DNA from: an uncultured virus (IMG/VR IMGVR_UViG_3300007512_000010)
Lineage: Duplodnaviria > Heunggongvirae > Uroviricota > Caudoviricetes
DNA: 56,970 nt
Reading direction: 5' to 3' (one strand)
Virus record (IMG/VR): IMGVR_UViG_3300007512_000010
Span: 62,001 to 118,970 of that record
Part shown: positions 9,376-18,780 of the stretch, piece by piece
Numbering within the stretch: the stretch's first letter is position 1
How the letters are laid out: the number at the start of each line of letters is the position of its first letter
Program-made: the position numbers and the translations under genes
The notes under the pieces: model-generated
Told to the model about the DNA's origin: nothing
The model's database searches: none
What the model saw: only the letters and a program-made list of their open reading frames with translations

Positions 9376-9913
9376 GAGACACCGGCTTATAACCCCCGGC
9401 AAATTTCTTTGCTGGCTTTGATTTACTCAAGGAAAACTCAGAGTTACGCTCGGGCTCATCTTGTGTTCTAAACCATAGCTCTCTTCCGATTCTGTCCATG
9501 CTTTTGCTTATCTTTCTTAGCCTAGCATCGTGGACATCTACCTTTGCCTTGAAGTAAACGTAGTCCCGCTTTGCCCCTAAACAGGCAGTTACGACGTACG
9601 CCTTTCGGAGGTCTGCGTTGGTTAACTTTTTATCTTTGGCAGATGCAAGAGTTGCCGTCGCGGTTACCGCCTCAAGTCTCGCTTTACTGACGGACATGTA
9701 GCTACTGGCTTTAGCAACTTGATCAGAAAGATACTCAAAGAACGCCAAGAAATCATCGTAGAGTTCTTTGAGGTCTTCGTTCGGTAAGTCCTTCAACCCA
9801 GCAGGTAGTCTAGGTTCTTCACTGGGTGGCTCCCGATCAGGAGCAAAACCCGTGGCACGCAGATCTTTTTCTAGTGTTTCACGTAATTCAAGGAATAAAT
9901 CCTTCTCAGCCAT
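9368..9913 (-). CDS. Helical coiled-coil protein, possibly a UvsY-like recombination mediator
   Basis: All-helical pattern and location among RecA/nuclease genes; GGAGG RBS. The function is inferred. Confidence 0.45.
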   Translation of the reverse strand: MAEKDLFLELRETLEKDLRATGFAPDREPPSEEPRLPAGLKDLPNEDLKELYDDFLAFFEYLSDQVAKASSYMSVSKARLEAVTATATLASAKDKKLTNADLRKAYVVTACLGAKRDYVYFKAKVDVHDARLRKISKSMDRIGRELWFRTQDEPERNSEFSLSKSKPAKKFAGGYKPVSRE

Positions 9914-9922
9914 AGGCACCTC

Positions 9923-10636
9923 CTACTCGCTGAAGGGCTGGCAGACATGCTGAAACTTACATGTTCTACATACCCATTTGTTTGGTTCCTTTGGAGGGGC
10001 TTCTCCAGCCTCTACAAATTCTTCAACTGTCTTTATTATGCTCACAATTTCCTGGAAGATGTCGTTGTCGAACTCAATCTTGAAGAGTCGCATCTGTCCC
10101 GTCGCCCTAGCCACGTAAAGTAGCTGAGTCCTTGGGACGTCCTCGCAGAACATGTAACAGTGTACTTGGTAGATATGCTCTTTCTTGGGCCGAACAAGTG
10201 ATTTAAACACACTCTCGCCCACTGTTTTGATCTCAAGTAGCCAGTCCCTATCACGGAATATTCCGTCGCAGTGGCCCACGATGTGGAGGTCTTCGTTACT
10301 GATTGGGATCTCGGCGTTGAATCCGTCGAACTCCTTCTCAAGCTTCTCTTGGATCATGTCGTGAAGCGCGTGCCCCATGTCAAACAGCATACGGAGATCT
10401 GATGGGATTCGGCTTTCGGGCTCTTGCCCTGTCCGGTCGTACCAAAGAGCACGTTTACAGGCCGTTGGCGTAAGAGAGGATGGGTGATACCCACCGGTTC
10501 TTCTAGACCAAGGCTCTAGGTTTGATTCGAAGTCAATACGCTCTATTTCTTTTAATACTGAGAACTCTCCGTCCTCTTTTATCTTCTTTTCGTTTAGGCA
10601 GCGTGCTGGAATCCTAAATCCTTTTTTCTTTGCCAT
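9923..10636 (-). CDS. Cas4-like / PD-(D/E)xK exonuclease with Fe-S cysteines
   Basis: HPSSL..ACKRALWY, GHALH, GHCDG, LLEIKT, QVHCYM, C-terminal CRTCKFQHVC. Confidence 0.85.
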   Translation of the reverse strand: MAKKKGFRIPARCLNEKKIKEDGEFSVLKEIERIDFESNLEPWSRRTGGYHPSSLTPTACKRALWYDRTGQEPESRIPSDLRMLFDMGHALHDMIQEKLEKEFDGFNAEIPISNEDLHIVGHCDGIFRDRDWLLEIKTVGESVFKSLVRPKKEHIYQVHCYMFCEDVPRTQLLYVARATGQMRLFKIEFDNDIFQEIVSIIKTVEEFVEAGEAPPKEPNKWVCRTCKFQHVCQPFSE

Positions 10637-10637
10637 T

Positions 10638-11405
10638 TCATATACCTCTTTTCGCAAAGGTGAGGAAATTCTCGTAGCTCATCAGTAGATACTCATCCGA
10701 CTCAACGGTAAATCGCACGCCTACGTCATTGAAAACGTCTGCGGCCATCTCTAGAGAAATAGTTAATATCTTTGAAGATTTCTTTTTGCTTGGGATATCC
10801 CTAGTAGAAGAAAGCTCTTCTAGGAAATCTTCTCCTAGATCCTGAAATGGGACTATGGCTACCTCACCTTTCCTCGCAAACTCTATTATGTACGCAGGTA
10901 TTTTACCTTCTGAATATGCTTGAAATTTCAAGTGCTTTAGGTCTTTTAAGCTTAGGGCGTATTTCCCCGTTGTTGTTGTCTTCGCTTCCACCAGAAGCTC
11001 TGGTGTCACCACATCCCGTCTGAACCCCCAAACTGACCCGGAGCCTGCTTGAGTTTTTCCTTCAAGTTCTTTCGCGATGCGCTTCTCTTGTTTTTTACTA
11101 GCATCGCGGTTTGTGGTCACAGCTAATGCCTCCTTTATTACGATGTCATATGTTGTGTCGTTGTAAATCTGTTCCGCGCCCTTGTCCCAGTCTACGCGCC
11201 CTAGAATCATTCGGCATAGCTCTAGGTGACGCTCATCTATATTCGGGAGGACCGCAAGACCGCTCTTTATATGCGTGATGGAATACTCTGTGCCCCCCTT
11301 TGCCTTCTTGGGCGGCTTGTGAAAGTACAGCCCAGGAAGGAAGGGGAACCCATCTACATAGTGCGGTTGTGCTTTTGGCCCTATCCGAATACAGAGTCTT
11401 GCCAT
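10638..11405 (-). CDS. PD-(D/E)xK nuclease, phage Holliday-junction-resolvase-like, with an extra N-terminal domain
   Basis: QEKRIAKELEGKTQAGSGS...DVVT..LLVEAKTT; N-terminal YSITHIKSG domain. Confidence 0.7.
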   Translation of the reverse strand: MARLCIRIGPKAQPHYVDGFPFLPGLYFHKPPKKAKGGTEYSITHIKSGLAVLPNIDERHLELCRMILGRVDWDKGAEQIYNDTTYDIVIKEALAVTTNRDASKKQEKRIAKELEGKTQAGSGSVWGFRRDVVTPELLVEAKTTTTGKYALSLKDLKHLKFQAYSEGKIPAYIIEFARKGEVAIVPFQDLGEDFLEELSSTRDIPSKKKSSKILTISLEMAADVFNDVGVRFTVESDEYLLMSYENFLTFAKRGI

Positions 11406-11406
11406 G

Positions 11407-11703
11407 CTAGTTACCGGTATTTAGCTGTCTCACACACGAGGTGTAAATAGCGTGGTCTAGCTCATTACCTGCCGCACTAGCCGAGAGTGTTCCAGAGCGA
11501 GCGTAAACTCGCCAGAGATCGCCATCGGCTTGTTGTAGGTCGGCGTATTTTTCGCCCATACAGGCGTGTATTTTCGCTAACTTCGCATCGTTTGGTTGGA
11601 TCCAGAACAGGTACCAACCGGTAGAGACGACGAGGAATGAGATTAACACTATGAAAATAGCTGGTTCAGGTAAGTACTTCATCATCAGAAGGCTCCTCTT
11701 CAT
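11407..11703 (-). CDS. Small membrane protein
   Basis: TM segment AIFIVLISFLVVSTGWYLFWI followed by a soluble domain with two Cys. Confidence 0.6.
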   Translation of the reverse strand: MKRSLLMMKYLPEPAIFIVLISFLVVSTGWYLFWIQPNDAKLAKIHACMGEKYADLQQADGDLWRVYARSGTLSASAAGNELDHAIYTSCVRQLNTGN

Positions 11704-12748
11704 TGGGTGTTTTACCCAGCACTGCGGCTCGGACTTCAGCGGCTAGTTCTGGGGACGATCTCAACATTGAGACTACCCCATCCAGGCCACCTTTGATTTT
11801 ATCCTCGTAATCGAGGATATAGTAAACAGGACCGCTATTCCTAACCACACCGTGTGCCTTTGCTGCACGCGCTAGGTCTTGAACTAAATCTACGCCTTGG
11901 TTGAAGATGAAGCTATAGCTCCCCTCAGCACCCTCGCTAATCCCGTGCTTGCCTTTTGAGATTTTCCACTTGATCTCTTTTCCGATTTTTGTCGTTCCCT
12001 TCTTTAGGGTCTGACCCGGCTTCAAGTGAATATCTACAGCTTTTGCGTGCTTGAGGGCGTATCCCCCAGGCTGGGTGTAAGGAACGTACTTCGCGCTGTG
12101 CGCGTTCATGTTTGCCCGAACCGGGTTAATCATGACTACACAAGTCTGGTTGGGCTTGCCGTCCTCGCCAGGAACGCGCATGGCAGAGTAGAACTTCTGA
12201 CAGAAGGAACTAAGTAAAGAAGCCCACGTAGCGATTTTTGCGTCTTCGCCCAGGCCTTTAACTAGATTGTGTCGCGTTTCTCCGGAGCCGAGTTCGTTGA
12301 TGATCAACAAGTGGAACTCCTGGGATTTAACCATCTCTAGCATGGCGTCCAGCATTGTCTCTGCTGGTGCATCGGAGTCGGTGGTAGCGAGATCGACAAA
12401 GAGTAGGTTTCCGCAATCTAGATCAATACCAGCCAGTTCCATGAACCCTGGGTCCGGTTTGTATCCGAAGCTCATCCAGGCAATGTTAGCTGCGTCTCCG
12501 TGTGTCCGCTGTACCTCAGCAATCACTCGGTTCGAAAGGTAGTCTTTACCTACGCCGTCTGGCCCGAAAAGTTGGATCATTGAGCCACCGGGCAACCCGC
12601 CTTTTAACGCGATATCAAGCGATAATATTCCGGTAGGGAGCCTCGTATCAAACGGGGTCTCTACCTCTGTAATGGGGGTAACTGTCGCGGCTCCACCGAG
12701 ACGCTTTTGTACCGATTTAATGAGGTGGCTTAGATCTTTTTTGGCCAT
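11666..12748 (-). CDS. recA: RecA-family recombinase (divergent)
   Basis: LPTGILSLDIALKGGLPGGSMIQLFGPDGVGK, INPVRAN, PGGYALKHA, F.FNQGVD. Confidence 0.9.
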   Translation of the reverse strand: MAKKDLSHLIKSVQKRLGGAATVTPITEVETPFDTRLPTGILSLDIALKGGLPGGSMIQLFGPDGVGKDYLSNRVIAEVQRTHGDAANIAWMSFGYKPDPGFMELAGIDLDCGNLLFVDLATTDSDAPAETMLDAMLEMVKSQEFHLLIINELGSGETRHNLVKGLGEDAKIATWASLLSSFCQKFYSAMRVPGEDGKPNQTCVVMINPVRANMNAHSAKYVPYTQPGGYALKHAKAVDIHLKPGQTLKKGTTKIGKEIKWKISKGKHGISEGAEGSYSFIFNQGVDLVQDLARAAKAHGVVRNSGPVYYILDYEDKIKGGLDGVVSMLRSSPELAAEVRAAVLGKTPNEEEPSDDEVLT

Positions 12749-12993
12749 CAGGTCTCCTCTAGTTCTTTTCTCATTTTTTCAAATTCTTCGATAAGTTCTG
12801 GGTCCATACCGTCATCCCCAAGCTGGTCTCTGTACAGACTGACCATGTCGTTAAGCAGCTTCATCTTGAAGTCCTTAATCATTTGGGGGGCTCTCCCGGA
12901 AGCTATTTTTTCCATCGCAGCCTCTTCAGAATCGCAGAGCTTCATCTTCAGAAGTGTTGCGACAAGTTGGGAGGCGTCGCTGTATTTTTCCAT
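12748..12993 (-). CDS. Hypothetical protein
   Basis: Translationally coupled in the operon. Confidence 0.55.
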   Translation of the reverse strand: MEKYSDASQLVATLLKMKLCDSEEAAMEKIASGRAPQMIKDFKMKLLNDMVSLYRDQLGDDGMDPELIEEFEKMRKELEET

Positions 12994-12997
12994 AATA

Positions 12998-13546
12998 TTA
13001 CTCTTCTAGGTTTAGGCGTTTCTTCACGGAACGCATCTCAGACTTGGTTACTGGTCCCATAGACATTCGGTAGCCAGAGCCATCTTCTAGCTCAACGTAG
13101 CCTTGGTCTATGTCGAGGAAGGCCCCAACGACGGCATCACCCTCGGTGACAGTGGTATTCACTGATCCGATGATTTCTAGTAAGGCTACTTGCCGCTTCT
13201 TGATCATGTCATTTATGTCCAATTCTTCCTCCCGGTGAACACTGTGATGGGTTGTGAAGCCGTTCGGATAACGGCGCTTCAGCTTGTCTATATTTATATC
13301 ACCTATGTCCGACAGGTCGAGTTTTAATATGCTCGAAATCCCGGCGATGTACCAAAGGAGATCACCAAGCTCTTTAGCCAAGTAATCTTTATCAAGGGCG
13401 TGCTTATGAAAGACCGCTTTCTTAACGTGGTCAATCAACTCCCCACCCTCCCCAGCAAGACCTAAACAAAAGTTCGTTAGAAGGCTATCTATTTCTTCTA
13501 CTGGGATGGTTCTCGCTGCTAACCTTTGGTACTCGCTCAGGTTCAT
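12998..13546 (-). CDS. mazG: MazG-like nucleotide pyrophosphohydrolase with a C-terminal extension
   Basis: EYQRLAART, LGLAGEGGELIDHVKK, KELGDLLWY, NIDKLKRRYPNGF. Confidence 0.9.
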   Translation of the reverse strand: MNLSEYQRLAARTIPVEEIDSLLTNFCLGLAGEGGELIDHVKKAVFHKHALDKDYLAKELGDLLWYIAGISSILKLDLSDIGDINIDKLKRRYPNGFTTHHSVHREEELDINDMIKKRQVALLEIIGSVNTTVTEGDAVVGAFLDIDQGYVELEDGSGYRMSMGPVTKSEMRSVKKRLNLEE

Positions 13547-13549
13547 CTA

Positions 13550-14035
13550 TCAGTACTCCGGTGATGTAAACTTACTTCCATCTGGGATCTTTGTTACGGC
13601 CCAGTTGGTCAGATCGATCCATTCAATATTTTCACTATCTACGATGGCGCAGAAGCCCACAAGGTATCGGAGCTTCTCATATCCGATTTCTTGTAAGATT
13701 ACAGACCAGTCCTCGTGGACGTGCTCCTGTAGTTCCGTTGTGAAGTCGATTTCTTCACAGTCTTCAAAGTCGTCCCCCTCGCCCCCGTCACCATCATTTT
13801 TTACAATTATGCGCTCACAGGGCCAACTGGTGTACCCCCCGAAGGCTACGAGTTCAAACGGCTCTTCTTCCGGGTCACTCGCGTACTTTTGGTGGACCTC
13901 TGCGGTATCTACCGCCTTTGTCCAAAGCTCTAAACCATCATCGCTAGAGATGAGGGTATCGAACCAATCTTGAAACTTCTCTTTGTCCTTCACCCTAAAA
14001 TAGGATGATCTAACTGCGGGCAGGTAATTAGCCAT
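13550..14035 (-). CDS. Acidic hypothetical phage protein
   Basis: MANY...RSSYFRVKD...IGYEKLRYLVG; GGAG RBS; operon context. Confidence 0.6.
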   Translation of the reverse strand: MANYLPAVRSSYFRVKDKEKFQDWFDTLISSDDGLELWTKAVDTAEVHQKYASDPEEEPFELVAFGGYTSWPCERIIVKNDGDGGEGDDFEDCEEIDFTTELQEHVHEDWSVILQEIGYEKLRYLVGFCAIVDSENIEWIDLTNWAVTKIPDGSKFTSPEY

Positions 14036-14297
14036 AGCCAAACTCCGTGATAAATTCTTCTTTTTCTTTCTTACTCATACGCTTGAAGCCATGCTCAGAG
14101 ACTAAGGCTTCCGCCTTGTCCCGGCACCTATGGGAGTAGGCTAAGTAGACGGGTCTTCTAGACCTCGTATACTTAGCCCCTCTCCTGGTGCTGTTATGTT
14201 CGTGCACGCGTCGTTTCAGGTCCGTAGTAATCCCTGTGTAGAGAGAACCGTCTGAACACCTAACAACGTATACAAACCATAGCTTCTTTTTTGGCAC
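14028..14297 (-). CDS. GIY-YIG nuclease (UPF0213/YhbQ-like)
   Basis: WFVYVVRCSDGSLYTGITTDLKRRVHEHN..GAKYTRSRRPV..E..FKRMSKKEK. Confidence 0.9.
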   Translation of the reverse strand: MPKKKLWFVYVVRCSDGSLYTGITTDLKRRVHEHNSTRRGAKYTRSRRPVYLAYSHRCRDKAEALVSEHGFKRMSKKEKEEFITEFGYG

Positions 14298-14299
14298 AA

Positions 14300-14725
14300 C
14301 TAGCCCTCAAACGGGGAAACAAACTTACGGACAAAGCCTACGTAAAGACCTAAGTCATTATCTTGGAATTCTGCATCTTCCATTGATTCGCCTAATCTTC
14401 CGTAGGCGAAGGCGATATCATTATCTGTGCAGTATTCATCGATCTGGTTTATCACAAGATCCCAGGGATCGTAGCACTTCCAGTAGTCATGTTCGAATGC
14501 AGCCCTGGCAAGTCCATTGTCTGCGTTCACAATGTCTAGGTCAATTTGGGACATTTGGATGTTCTCGTAGGTTTCCCCAACGGTGAACCCATAGCTACTT
14601 GGGATGGGTGCTTTTTTCTCTAGTTCTTTGCACATCTCTTCTTGGGTCTTCAGCCATTTGAAGAAGGCATCCATCTTATCCTTAGGTGCCTCAACAAGTA
14701 TTTGGTAACTACTCCTGTACCCCAT
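14300..14725 (-). CDS. Hypothetical phage protein
   Basis: Start revised to ATG 14725 (MGYRS, AAGGAGG RBS); ends ...AFAYGRLGESMEDAE. Confidence 0.6.
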   Translation of the reverse strand: MGYRSSYQILVEAPKDKMDAFFKWLKTQEEMCKELEKKAPIPSSYGFTVGETYENIQMSQIDLDIVNADNGLARAAFEHDYWKCYDPWDLVINQIDEYCTDNDIAFAYGRLGESMEDAEFQDNDLGLYVGFVRKFVSPFEG

Positions 14726-14993
14726 GGCTCTCACCTCCTTCATTTTCAGGGCTATTGGGACAGCCGAACATGTGGCCCATGTCTTTGGGCGCATGGCAGC
14801 AGTTGTAATGTGTGGGCTCAAGGTCAGGCACATCTTCTTCGTTGCAGTCTGGGTGATCGCAACACCTAGCGTGACAATGAGATAGTGGGTTTTCTACTGG
14901 GCTATGGTGGTCTTCCCACTCATCCGCTGTGTACTTTTGTTCGCAGAAGTAGCAGGTAGCTACATCCAACCACTCGGAATACTCAGTCGTCAT
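14709..14993 (-). CDS. Small Cys/His-rich hypothetical protein
   Basis: CYFC, HCHARCCDHPDC, HYNCCH, HMFGC; coupled to its neighbours. Confidence 0.5.
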   Translation of the reverse strand: MTTEYSEWLDVATCYFCEQKYTADEWEDHHSPVENPLSHCHARCCDHPDCNEEDVPDLEPTHYNCCHAPKDMGHMFGCPNSPENEGGESHGVQE

Positions 14994-15231
14994 TGAAGTA
15001 ATCCATGTCTTCGTCAGCGTCATCTGTGTCTTCTGTACCGGCCTCATTAAAGAAGGCGTAGCAAGCAGCTAGATGGGCTTCATCATGGTCGTCTTTTATT
15101 AGGGCTTGGCTGTACATGTCGCACAGCGCACCCTCATCGGTCATCATTACTCGGACCAAGATGTTGTTCACCGTAATCCAGACCGTATCGTCTACTTGGA
15201 ATAGTTCTAATTCGTGGTCATGATTCGTCAT
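14983..15231 (-). CDS. Small acidic hypothetical protein
   Basis: Operon-packed ORF. Confidence 0.55.
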   Translation of the reverse strand: MTNHDHELELFQVDDTVWITVNNILVRVMMTDEGALCDMYSQALIKDDHDEAHLAACYAFFNEAGTEDTDDADEDMDYFNDD

Positions 15232-15406
15232 CTAACCTTTCTCCTGTTTGTATTTCGTAGTGCCGTACTTCCCCCGTAGAGAGACACTCCACGGAGGCTA
15301 CGGTTTCTTCGGTCTCAATACGATCTAGGGTTACTACGAGCGCCCTTTCGAAGCTGTCGGCTTTAAGCTCATCCTCGATTATTACTCTATAATGTTTTTG
15401 TTCCAT
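15218..15406 (-). CDS. Small hypothetical protein
   Basis: Operon-packed ORF; probable start MEQKHY. Confidence 0.5.
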   Translation of the reverse strand: MEQKHYRVIIEDELKADSFERALVVTLDRIETEETVASVECLSTGEVRHYEIQTGERLDDES

Positions 15407-16058
15407 TACCGTGCGTCCCTGCCCCAGAGGGCGTAAAGAGAGGTTTTCCTTCTTCATCAAGAGACCAGCCTCGGCTGCGCCACACTGGTCCTATGAGTGG
15501 CAAGTCGTCACACTTATGGTGCTCTTGCCAGGGCCGCTGCTTCGCATTTCTAAGCTGGTCATTTCCGATCCCAAAATGCTTCTTTCCCTCCTCCACAACC
15601 TTCTCCCAGCCCTCTGAGTAATCAGTGAACGGGGGCTGCAATTGCCGGATAGGGAAAGCGTCGCAGCTTGGGTCCAGTACGTACATGTGATACTGGTTCG
15701 CTGTATCTAGAAGCTCCTCCTGGGGAGGGTACATCTGCATCCCCCAGCAAGCCGTGCCGCAAAGCTCTGACTTGATTCTGTAGAAGTCGCGCCAATCTTG
15801 CCACGGCTCTCGCGTATTAAGCTTTAATGAAAGCTCCACGATTTGTGGCCAACCCGTCAATCCGAGCCCAGCGATAACTTCTTCTCTCGAAACTTCCTTG
15901 GGGAAGTAGGACATTACAGGGTAGTCATATACGAATACTTGACACTTATCGTTGACCCAGGTTTCCCCGGTTTTTGCCATTGGGTGGTTTAGTGGCTTCC
16001 CAGGCCAAAGAGGTTCCCAATAATTATCGGGAGCAGGCTTGTAGTCTTTTTGGTTCAT
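15387..16058 (-). CDS. Conserved phage hypothetical protein
   Basis: The LS.K....EP..DWRD...IK.EL.G.....Q.YP....L.D.ANQYH motif pattern is common in phage proteins; TAATG coupling to the upstream gene. Confidence 0.65.
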   Translation of the reverse strand: MNQKDYKPAPDNYWEPLWPGKPLNHPMAKTGETWVNDKCQVFVYDYPVMSYFPKEVSREEVIAGLGLTGWPQIVELSLKLNTREPWQDWRDFYRIKSELCGTACWGMQMYPPQEELLDTANQYHMYVLDPSCDAFPIRQLQPPFTDYSEGWEKVVEEGKKHFGIGNDQLRNAKQRPWQEHHKCDDLPLIGPVWRSRGWSLDEEGKPLFTPSGAGTHGNGTKTL

Positions 16059-16345
16059 TACCAATCCCATGTTTGAAAGTTTTTGTCTGTGTTTCCATCT
16101 CTATCTAAGACTACAAGCGTGCACTCATCTCGGTACGCGATCTCCATGATCGGAGTGATCCAATCAGGAACGCCGTATCCAGGCTCTGAAACCCATACGA
16201 CGTAGCCATACTCAAAAGACAAAGCCCGAAGGCCCCCAAACTCTGGGGACTCTCCGGGCATATGCGCTGTTGAAAGGACGAGTGCTTTTTCTATGTACGG
16301 ATGGTCAGACGAACATTGGTGGTTCTTCTTCCTCTTCCTCGTCAT
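16058..16345 (-). CDS. Conserved phage hypothetical protein
   Basis: LVLSTAHM...EYGY.VW...LDRDG...WDW pattern. Confidence 0.65.
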   Translation of the reverse strand: MTRKRKKNHQCSSDHPYIEKALVLSTAHMPGESPEFGGLRALSFEYGYVVWVSEPGYGVPDWITPIMEIAYRDECTLVVLDRDGNTDKNFQTWDW

Positions 16346-16553
16346 TCAGTAACTCCTTCAATTCTGACGGTGCTCCCACAACCAGATACGTTGTTGAGCT
16401 TGTTTTCTTATTGTGGATGTCTACGTGGGTCTTCCTGTCGTACTCTCCCTCACCGTCCCTATATACAGCGATGTGGTAGTCACCGACTTCGAGCGTAATT
16501 GAGTCGCAGTCCGGGAAGTAGTTAGTCACCTTTAGCTTTGCTTCTTCAGTCAT
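16305..16553 (-). CDS. Small acidic hypothetical protein
   Basis: Operon-packed ORF. Confidence 0.5.
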   Translation of the reverse strand: MTEEAKLKVTNYFPDCDSITLEVGDYHIAVYRDGEGEYDRKTHVDIHNKKTSSTTYLVVGAPSELKELLNDEEEEEEPPMFV

Positions 16554-16794
16554 TTTGTTTCTTCTCCGCTGCCTGTTCCAGGGAAGGTCCTAAGGTTATT
16601 TCTATCCCGACGAGTTTGTACACGTCGTTCCACTCGGCAAAACACTCTTCGCAGGACACTTGTGCCCAGGCTTCCATGGCGTCTGTGCTCGGAGGCCTTG
16701 CACTGATATTTTTAGTGCGGCAGTAGGGGCATCGCAGCCCCCCGCCGTTTAAGTATTGTTCTTCTCGATCTACGTCTTGTGTTAGTTGCATCAC
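16546..16794 (-). CDS. Small Zn-ribbon protein
   Basis: CPYC...CEEC.AEW; ATGA overlap with the polymerase stop. Confidence 0.65.
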   Translation of the reverse strand: MMQLTQDVDREEQYLNGGGLRCPYCRTKNISARPPSTDAMEAWAQVSCEECFAEWNDVYKLVGIEITLGPSLEQAAEKKQND

Positions 16795-18698
16795 TTACAC
16801 TCCAGCCAGTTGTCCCCGTACTTGCTTGACGTTTCCAAAGGAACAGCCAAGTCGAAGTCAAAGGGATGCATCATTAGTTCTTCGATGCGGTCGTTAAATT
16901 CTTTATCGTTTACAAATTCTTCAGGCACTTCGAACACGATTTCATCGTGGACCTGAATGACCATTCTGGCACCAGAGTTGGCAATGAAATCATCTTCCCA
17001 TATACGCACCATAGCCATCTTAGTGATGTCCGCAGCCGTACCTTGAATGGGAGAGTTCTTTACCTTTCGTTCCGCTTGAGCAATGTCAGCACCAACATTA
17101 GACCTAAGGCCCGGAACCTGCCGACGCCTACCCAGAAGGGTAGAGCAGAAGCCATCTTCTTTAGCTTTAATGATTGCGTTTCTGAAGTACTTTGTGACGT
17201 TAGGGAACGCACTGAAGTACTGACGGATAAGACCGCGTGCCTCATCGATTGTACAGTCCAAGGTGCCCGCTAACTTACCAGCACCCTGCCCGTACATGAG
17301 GCCAAAGTTAATCGCCTTCGCGCTCTTTCTGTACTTGAGAAGACTACTCTCGTACTTGTCTAGGCTCTCCCCGTTATCGTCTTTGGTACGAGCGGCCATA
17401 ATGTCTTCGTAAGGAACACGAAACATTTCAGCAGCCGTAGACGAGTGAACGTCCATGCCTGCTTGGATGGCGTCAATGAGTGTTTCGTCATTGGAGAAGT
17501 GCGCCAAGATACGCATCTCTAGTTGAGCATAGTCAGCCGCCATTAGCTTATTACCCTGTGATGGGACATACGCTGAGCGAATGTATGGGGGCTGGTTCTG
17601 TAGGTTTGGGTCCGAAGAACTCAACCGACCAGTGCGGGCACCGGTTTGGTTGAACGACGCATGGATTTTTTCATCGATGTGGATCTTCTCAAGAAGGTTA
17701 CTGATGTAGGTTCCAAGCTTTTTATCTAAGTCTCGGTAGAGAAGAAGCTTCGTTGCAAACTCACACCCCGCACGAGCCCACATGGTAAGAACATCCTTGT
17801 TTAGTTGTGGTTGTCCCTTGTCCGTGTAGCTAACTGCTTTTCTGTCCAACCCTTCGAAGAACAGCCCACCCATCTCTTTGTTCGACTTCAGATTGATGTA
17901 CATTCGACCGGTTTCTCGGCCAAACCATTTCTGAATAGCCAGAAGCTGCTCTTCGATAACAGGGGCCTGTTCAAGAAGGGCAATTTTGTCAATTGTGATC
18001 CCCTCTCGTTCAAGCATGTACAGAATCTTTGTGAAGGGGAGTTCTGTTTTCAGGTAGTAGTCCCACATGGTTGGGTAGGGAGCATCTGCTTTGGCCCTCT
18101 CTGGGAAGACCCAGATATCTCGCATCTCGTCCCTTACTTTGAAGAAAAGCTTGTATGTTGCATACGCATCCAGGGAGGCGTAGTTCGATACGATGTCTTC
18201 ATTGTCTGGGTCTAGAAGAACTTCGTGCAGGGGGCGCTTTCGAAGCTGAGTACCAAACACGGATTTGAACGGGACCATTTCGATTCCCGTGTAGTGCTTT
18301 GTTAAGAACTTTAGGTCATGGGGAAGGGTGTCATCTACGAGAGCGTGCATGACCATCGTGTCATAGACACGGTAGTGGTCTCGGTTGCAATACTTGTAGA
18401 TGTCTATTCCCACATTACGAAGCATCCAAGTGTCAAAGTTCGCGTTATGCATGATGAGCTTCAACTCTGGATTTTCTAGCAGCCCTTTGAAGTACGGGAG
18501 CACCTCAGGCCAGATAGCAAACCTTTCTTCACCATCGCTGATTGCGAGGATGATAGTCCGGTCACGGATTCTGGAGAGTCCTGTAGTCTCTGTATCAACG
18601 GCTAATATCTTTTTGTCCTGCAGGGTTTCTGCTAGGGCAATAGCCTGTTCAGGCTCTTGAATCCGGATAGCATCCGGCAATAGGGTAAACATACCCAT
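16791..18698 (-). CDS. polA: Family A DNA polymerase (3'-5' exonuclease + polymerase; no 5'-3' exonuclease domain)
   Basis: ExoI AVDTETTGL, ExoII HNANFD, ExoIII YASLDA, TGRLSSSDPNLQN, motif A DYAQLEMRILAH, motif B RKSAKAINFGLMYG, motif C QVHDEIV. Confidence 0.95.
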   Translation of the reverse strand: MGMFTLLPDAIRIQEPEQAIALAETLQDKKILAVDTETTGLSRIRDRTIILAISDGEERFAIWPEVLPYFKGLLENPELKLIMHNANFDTWMLRNVGIDIYKYCNRDHYRVYDTMVMHALVDDTLPHDLKFLTKHYTGIEMVPFKSVFGTQLRKRPLHEVLLDPDNEDIVSNYASLDAYATYKLFFKVRDEMRDIWVFPERAKADAPYPTMWDYYLKTELPFTKILYMLEREGITIDKIALLEQAPVIEEQLLAIQKWFGRETGRMYINLKSNKEMGGLFFEGLDRKAVSYTDKGQPQLNKDVLTMWARAGCEFATKLLLYRDLDKKLGTYISNLLEKIHIDEKIHASFNQTGARTGRLSSSDPNLQNQPPYIRSAYVPSQGNKLMAADYAQLEMRILAHFSNDETLIDAIQAGMDVHSSTAAEMFRVPYEDIMAARTKDDNGESLDKYESSLLKYRKSAKAINFGLMYGQGAGKLAGTLDCTIDEARGLIRQYFSAFPNVTKYFRNAIIKAKEDGFCSTLLGRRRQVPGLRSNVGADIAQAERKVKNSPIQGTAADITKMAMVRIWEDDFIANSGARMVIQVHDEIVFEVPEEFVNDKEFNDRIEELMMHPFDFDLAVPLETSSKYGDNWLECK

Positions 18699-18721
18699 AG
18701 CTGACCTCCGTTAGCTAGGTT

Positions 18722-18759
18722 GGGTGGACCAGAGGAGTTATTTCCCCTGGCCCACCCCG
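18722..18759 (-). other. Intergenic stem-loop between the SSB and DNA polymerase genes (no U-tract)
   Basis: GGGTGGGCCAGGGGA-AATAAC-TCCTCTGGTCCACCC on the minus strand. Confidence 0.55.
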
Positions 18760-18780
18760 TACCAAATGACGTTGAATTTA

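Noticed and set aside
9923..10636. CRISPR-Cas system suggested by the Cas4-like gene
   Set aside because: I saw no repeat-spacer array and no cas1/cas2/effector genes. Solo Cas4-like nucleases are common in phage replication modules.
14028..14297. GIY-YIG homing endonuclease (mobile element)
   Set aside because: It is only 89 aa, matches the stand-alone UPF0213 type, lacks a DNA-binding tail and interrupts no gene.
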